DNA from: Eledone cirrhosa
Taxonomy: Eukaryota
Reading direction: 5' to 3'
Assembly: GCA_964016885.1 (NCBI GenBank)
Contig: OZ024755.1
Coordinates: 7,006,001-7,070,000, forward strand
DNA length: 64,000 nt
The notes beneath the pieces are model-generated. The model ran no database searches. It saw only the letters and a list, made by a program, of their open reading frames with translations, and was not told where the DNA came from. Positions 57,241 to 64,000 of the stretch are shown here, one piece after another. How positions within the stretch are numbered: position 1 is the stretch's first letter; each line of letters begins with the position of its first letter. The position numbers and the translations under genes are program-made.

Positions 57241-58999
57241 TACATCTGTGGTTTTATGTTAATATATACTATAGTCAATAGGTATAACAGACGTGACAAA
57301 CAAGCTAATATAGAGGTACACATGGTCTCTTACAAACTTTCACATGTATACGTTGTAATCGATTGTCTCTGTTATCGATCTGACCAGTCTGTAGAAGGTA
57401 GGAGGAGGGGGTATACTAAGCTGATCATCTGTCCGATATATAACTGAAGATGTGTGACATTGATCTAACTCGTTTGTAGTTAGGTGGGTGGCTGGATAGG
57501 TGGGGGTATGCAAAGATTATGGAAGTTAGTTATTGAAGTCTCCATTTCATGCTGCAAAAACTAGTGATAGACCTGTGACCTGCCCTGTGAGGCGTGGGAT
57601 GGACACACAGTTTGCATATCCTAAGACCCCAAAGAGGGTCCGGGAGGGAGCAAACCTTGATACTTTCCTTTCTTGAAAAAAAAAAAAAAAATTAAAAAAA
57701 CGAAAAAATAGTTATTACCATATCCACCCCTATTGATCCAAGAACCTAAATCAGTTTTGATCCCTTGTTTGAACTGAAGACCATACACCCTTTATGTAGT
57801 TTTCATAGAGATTCAACGTGATACAGTGTATGACAAGGCTGGCCCCTTGAATTGCAGGTACATCTTTTTTTTTTTTTGCCACCTGAGCGGACTGAAGAAA
57901 TGTGAAATAAAATGTCTTGCCCAAGAACACAATGCACTGCCGGGAATTGAACTCACAATCTAAACACAGCAGACTTTTTCCAGAGAAGGATAAAGAAAGT
58001 GAGAGAATGGAAGAGAGAAAGAGATATAGAGGAAGAGTCGACCCCAGCACTAAACTGGTACTTTTTTTTATCGACCTTGAATGGATTAAAGGCAAAATTA
58101 ACCTCGACGAGATTTGAACTCAGAGATCAGAGAGCTGGAACTGACACTGCAAAGTACTCTCTCCAATATTTTAACAACTCTGCCAATTCGCCGCCTTGCA
58201 TTAATGCCACAAACAAGCAAAATATCCTTTAACTTACGAACCAAAGAAATTCTACAGAGAGATATAATTGAAAATGTATATTTTGTATATTTTCATAAAT
58301 AAACTAATCTAACTATACCTAACCTACTCTAACCTTCCAGAATGGTAGATTAGGTAAAATCGGATTTGTTTATTTACAAAGGTAGAGAAAATATTTAATT
58401 TGCAAATACATTTCTCTATACCTGGTGTAAATATAACTGACATTTCAATATATCATAGGCCAAATGTATCACTGCAGAGCAGCGAAAAGTATTTTTTTAA
58501 TAATAAAAAATTGTTTTGATAAAAAGTCTTATCAGTTGCCATTCAATGAATTCTCGAGTTATAGTAATAGTAATAGTAAATGTAATTAATAGTTAAGTCG
58601 GTTCCAGCCCGAGTTAGAACAGCAAGGCACCTTTTCTACATTTCTATGTCTATGCCATCTTTAGTTCTTGGATAAATTCCAGGCCAGTATCCAAGAACTA
58701 AAGATGGCATAGACATAGAAATGTATCCTTTAGGTCCTTAATGTATGTGAGAGGACGTCCACCACATTTCCTTGCCCATCACTGGTTTGTTTAGAGAGCT
58801 TTCAGTCTCGGAAATATCGGTATGGACGCATGAAATCGGACAATTTTCGATGTCCAATTGATGTATATTTTAATCGAACACAGAAGACTATAAATAAACA
58901 CAGTGTCCGGAATCAGACATATCTGTCAAACTTTTTCTTAGGTATTATCCTTCATCGTTTCACATGGAGAAATAACATGTTAACTTCATACAAAAAATA

Positions 59000-59410
59000 T
59001 AGACAGAGGCAGGTAAAAAAATCCAAGAATGCAACTGAGGAATTACAAAATATAGATAGAGTTAGGTAAAAAGGTAAGAATATAACAAATTAGCTACTAT
59101 ATATAGTCAGAGGCAGATAAAAAGTTAAGAATGTGACTAATTAGCTACTATATATAGTCAAAGGCAGGTAAAAGGGTTAGAATATAAGTGAGTAGCTACA
59201 GAGACAGGTAAATAGCCAAGAATATATCTGAGGAGTTACAGAGGCAGGTAAAAAGGTTAGAATATATCTAAGGGGCTACAGAGGCAGATAAACAGCCAAG
59301 AATATAACTAAGGAGTTACAGAGGCAGGTAAACAGGTTAGAATATATCTAAGGAGCTACAGAGGTAGGTAAACAGCCAAGAATATATCTAAGGGACTACA
59401 GAAACATAAG
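59000..59410. repeat. Diverged ~40-bp minisatellite
   Basis: Unit approximately agaggcaggtaaaaaggttagaatatatctaaggagctac. Confidence 0.85.
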
Positions 59411-59892
59411 TAAAAGGCGAGTATATAAATGACATAAAGATACGTGTTTGCTAACCTTCGTAAAATAACGATTTCTAACTGAGGCACAAGGCCATCAATT
59501 TAAAGAAGGATGTATGGGGGGAGTTGATTACACCGATCACAATACTAAATTGGTACTTTATTTAATCACCCCTCGAATGATGAAATGTAAAGTTAACCTC
59601 GGTAGGATTTGAAATCTGAACATAAAATGCCAGAACGATTTTGTCAATCCATTGCCTTAAACCTTTGTGAAATAATACTATGGTTGTAGGGGATGTGTTT
59701 TGTTTTATTTAATGAGGGTGCTGTCAGATATTTGTTGGTCCCTCATCGTCTCTCCGGATCCCGGGTCCAGGACTGGTATACCCCCACCACCTCTTACAGG
59801 ACCCTGTCACTCACCACGTCTTACGGGACCCTATCACTCACCAGTTCTTACATGAACCTAAACATACATAACCAATACAAAGAATAACATAC

Positions 59893-59971
59893 CTGTTTGT
59901 GTTGGTTTAGCATGAAGCTGTGTGTGCCATAGAAAGGTAAGTAAGACCAGGTAGTAGTAATAAGTATTCAT
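59893..59971 (-). CDS. First coding exon (signal peptide) of a secreted His/Met-rich repeat protein
   Basis: The minus strand reads ATG AAT ACT TAT TAC TAC TAC CTG GTC TTA CTT ACC TTT CTA TGG CAC ACA CAG CTT CAT GCT AAA CCA ACA CAA ACA G|gtatgt = MNTYYYYLVLLTFLWHTQLHA-KPTQT. It has a hydrophobic core, an L-H-A cleavage-like site and a strong phase-1 donor matching the phase-1 acceptor at 38137. A possible upstream acceptor (tttacag) lies at 60009-60010. Confidence 0.7.
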
Positions 59972-60424
59972 CCTAGTTCAGTTTGGATTTCTACTTTAAC
60001 TTGGTACTCTGTAAACTGTGAATTGTAACCAGTGAACTGTACAAAGTTCACTATCAACTGAGTACTGTGAACTGTACAGGGTAAACTGTGGAATGTAAAC
60101 TGTACAGTGTAGACTGTGGACTCCGAACTGTAAACTGTACACTGTAAAGTGTGGAATGTAAACGGTAAACTGTGAAATGTAAACTGTACAGTGTACACTG
60201 TGGACTACGAACTGTACAATTTAAATTGCGGAATGTACACTGTGAACTGCAAACTGTGAAATGTAAACTGTGAAATGTAAACAATACCGTGAACTGTGGA
60301 GTGTAAGTGGAACACCGAAAACTGTACACTGTAGACAGTGGAATGTACACTGTTAACTATGAAATGTAAACAATACTGTGAACTGTGGAGTGTAAGTGGT
60401 ACACTGTAAACTGTAAATTCTGGA

Positions 60425-61129
<705 letters not shown>

Positions 61130-61495
61130 CCCACTCTCTGAGCATCAAAAACACTACCGAAAAAGGAGAACTGGTTAATATCATCGGATTCTTCTAAAGC
61201 CGCAGGTTTTTTTTTTCAGAGTTTCCCTCTCCTAGAAAGGTGTTGTGATAACTGGGGACCTTTCACTCCGAGGTTAAAAAAAAGTACTATTTGGATAGCC
61301 GTTGACTCTGTTGAGTTCCTCCGCCCTTTGCCTGGTCTTATATTTCATCCCGCAGGGTGTCCAAATATCACCCTCCTCACCAAACAAGCTTGGTGGGTTT
61401 GCTGGTTTAGTCACCGACGACCCGACCATGAGACAGGTTGTACTGGGTTACATGTTGCCAGTAGCAATCGAGAGCGACCTGACATAAGTAGGAGC

Positions 61496-61902
61496 AATAA
61501 CATTAAGAAAGTCATGAACGAAGCCACATGATTTTGTTTTGTAAATTTTGAAAGTAGGTTTATAAGTATGAATTTTCGAAAAACCTTCGTAGTTGTCTCT
61601 GTGGCCTAGTGGTAGATACTAGAGACGGTGGAGATCCTGGCCTTGGGTTCAATCCTGGTCAAGAGGTACATGTAACCTTTTTCAGTTTTTATTTTACAGC
61701 CCATAGTAAAAAAAAAACTGAAAAGGTTTACCGGTAACCCGACCAAGATCGAACTTCAGACCACGATCACCACCATCATGATTCCTCCAACTAGGCCACC
61801 GAGGCAGTTACAAAGGTATAATGAAAATTGATAATTATAAACCTATTATCAAAATCAAAGTTTAAAAGATGCGGTGTCGTTCATGGCTTTCTTAGAGCTA
61901 TT
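61496..61902. mobile_element. Diverged fold-back element with a tRNA-like unit in each arm
   Basis: Arms about 200 bp. The left arm has gtctctgtggcctagtggtag...gggttcaatcctggtc(+) and the right arm has gcctcggtggcctagttgg...gttcgatcttggtc(-), each followed by a T-run. Confidence 0.65.
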
Positions 61903-62689
61903 AGTAATATTTAGGGTCGACTGCTGGTCATTATAAAAGTCTCTGGATTTTGCAAAATACATATTTTTTATTGGAGAAGGTAAGATATTTTTCAGGATTA
62001 CCACCGTCTATGATTCCTCCATCTAGGCCGCCGATACAGCATACATACATACATATATATATGTGTATGTGTGTGTGTGTGTGCTTGTATACGCATGTGT
62101 GTATATTTATGTAATTATGTATGTGTGTTACATAACTGATGCGTATTTTTCGCTCTCTAAGCTTCGTTAACTTCGAGAAACTACGAGACGGAAGATGGGA
62201 AGTGGTGAGTGTGAGGGTGGGTGAAGGGGTAGCTTGATCAAACTTTCAGAAGCAGTTAGGTTGTTTGTTACAAATATACGCCGTAGACACTTATGGAATT
62301 AGCAACAGGCCTCTGTCGGTTTCGATGACGAGTGCGTCCAGTTGTTTTGATCATCGGTAGTACAGTTTGCTCATGAAACTAACGAATAAGTGACTATATC
62401 ATTCCACAGATACGTGTATCCTTAATGTAGATCTCAGGGAGATTCATCTGGATCTGGTGTGTGATAAGGCTGGCCATTTGAATTACAGATACAACTCTAT
62501 TTTTTTGTCAGCTGGAATATCGTGAAATGAAGTGACTTGCTCAAGAGCACAACGCACCACTAGAAATCCAAACAGTTTTCGCCTACTAAATTTTACTCAC
62601 AAAGCAGGAGTCGATGTGAGGTTAGGGTAAATGACACTTATCTAAGACGCCACACCGCAGAATCGAACCTGGGACCTTTTTAACCATTT

Positions 62690-63090
62690 GTCTTCTTCTT
62701 CTTCTTCTTCTTCTTCTTCTTCTTCTTCTTCTTCTTCTTCTTCTTCTTCTTCTTCTCGGGAGGGTCGTGGGGGCATAGTCCTCAAACACTCCTTCCAGCG
62801 GGTCCTGTCAGAGGCAACTACCTCCAACTGATCCGACCGGATCTCCAAGCGAGACCAGCCGAGTTCATAGATGTTATCCAACCGTCTTGCTCGGGGGGGG
62901 GGGGGGTCTACCTCTGGGTTCCCTGCCGGTTGGTTTCGCTCGTAAAATCTGTCCAGCGATTCTCTCCTGAAACATGCCATTAGTATCGGAGCTGTGATCT
63001 TTCAATTTGGAGAAGTAGTGGCTCTACCTGGAGGGACTCTCTGATCTCATCCCAAACTGCTATAAAAGCCCTCATGATACTAGTTTCACG
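62690..63090 (-). mobile_element. LINE 3' end (RTE-like) with a (GAA)n tail
   Basis: Peptide RARRLDNIYELGWSRLEI...VASDRTRWKECLRTMPPRPS followed by (GAA)n; it abuts a SINE remnant. Confidence 0.7.
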
Positions 63091-63355
63091 TTGAGACCAG
63101 ATACATGTCTATATATCTATTTTTATATAGTTACAGACTATATACAGTCTGACAAGTCAACTCAATCAGGTCTTGAGGTTAAACAACCTTATTGTCTGTT
63201 AACATACGAGAATTCACGATCGTGGAACAGTAAAACTTGTGTTTGTTTCGTTAAAATCATGACAGCGGTCTGCCCTCAATAGCAACACTAAGTGACTTTA
63301 ATTAAAACATTTCTCTTACCCCTTTCTGTCTGTCTCTCTCTATCTCTCTCTATAA

Positions 63356-63386
<31 letters not shown>

Positions 63387-64000
63387 TATATCCCTCCCCA
63401 CCATATGTTATTGAAATTTGTTCTCCCTCTCTACCCCCTCCTCTCCCACATCCCTCTTTTAACCCCCACATCAAATACTCCATTGCTACCAATATAACTG
63501 TTTCTATTATTTATACAAAGAAGAAGGAAAACCTTTTACAATAATTCATTAGACAGATCTCAAAGGATATATTACAGATGTCTTGTCTTAAAGTAAAATA
63601 TTGAGTTCAGTGGTACTATCACGTAGACACCAATCGGACGGGGCCAGGCAAGAACAACATATGACCCCAGTTTCCCTATACAAGGGTTGATTTTCTTTGA
63701 AATGATATTTAGTTTCGGTAGAGTCTTTAGAACCTCGGACAAGAATACGTTCTGGTATTTGTAGCCAGGGTCGTCTCTACCTTTGAGGAAAACTAGGCAG
63801 CCAACAAGGGCGCAGACAACAGAGTGGTCTTTTACTACTGGACCTTAAAGAACCAGTCTTATCTATATTTGTATAATCTAATTAAATATATAATAATGGG
63901 TTCTGATATAGGCACTAGGCCAGCAAATTGGGAGAGGGGAAAGTCGATTAAATCGACCTCAGTGTGTGACTGGTACTTTATTTTTTCGACGCATTAAGGA

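Noticed and set aside
63560-63705. Possible minus-strand terminal exon of a neighbouring gene
   Set aside because: Short open frames with a weak acceptor and no recognisable product.

Overview
This is AT-rich, microsatellite-saturated animal DNA. The tRNA-derived SINEs and the (TA)n/(CA)n/(GA)n load resemble an octopod cephalopod genome, which is an inference. Nearly all listed ORFs are microsatellite artefacts. One real protein-coding gene is supported, on the minus strand. It has a 79-bp signal-peptide exon (59893-59971, absent from the ORF track) and a phase-compatible ~2.8-kb terminal exon (35361-38137). Together they encode a ~950-aa secreted His/Met-rich protein with 17 HGxxMHGD-type motifs, 13 of them in a 123-bp tandem array. 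MRE-like and CRE motifs lie near its 5' end. The second main signal is about 11 minimal type-I hammerhead ribozyme motifs from several unrelated sequence families. Most sit in (TA)n-embedded fold-back or partial-tandem repeats, the architecture of Penelope-like element pseudo-LTRs and retrozymes. The remainder is SINEs, LINE fragments (CRE-like, RTE-like, R2/R4-like), Tc1/mariner-type MITEs, minisatellites, a 200-N gap and short unique islands rich in homeodomain sites. All structures were paired by eye and repeat boundaries are approximate.
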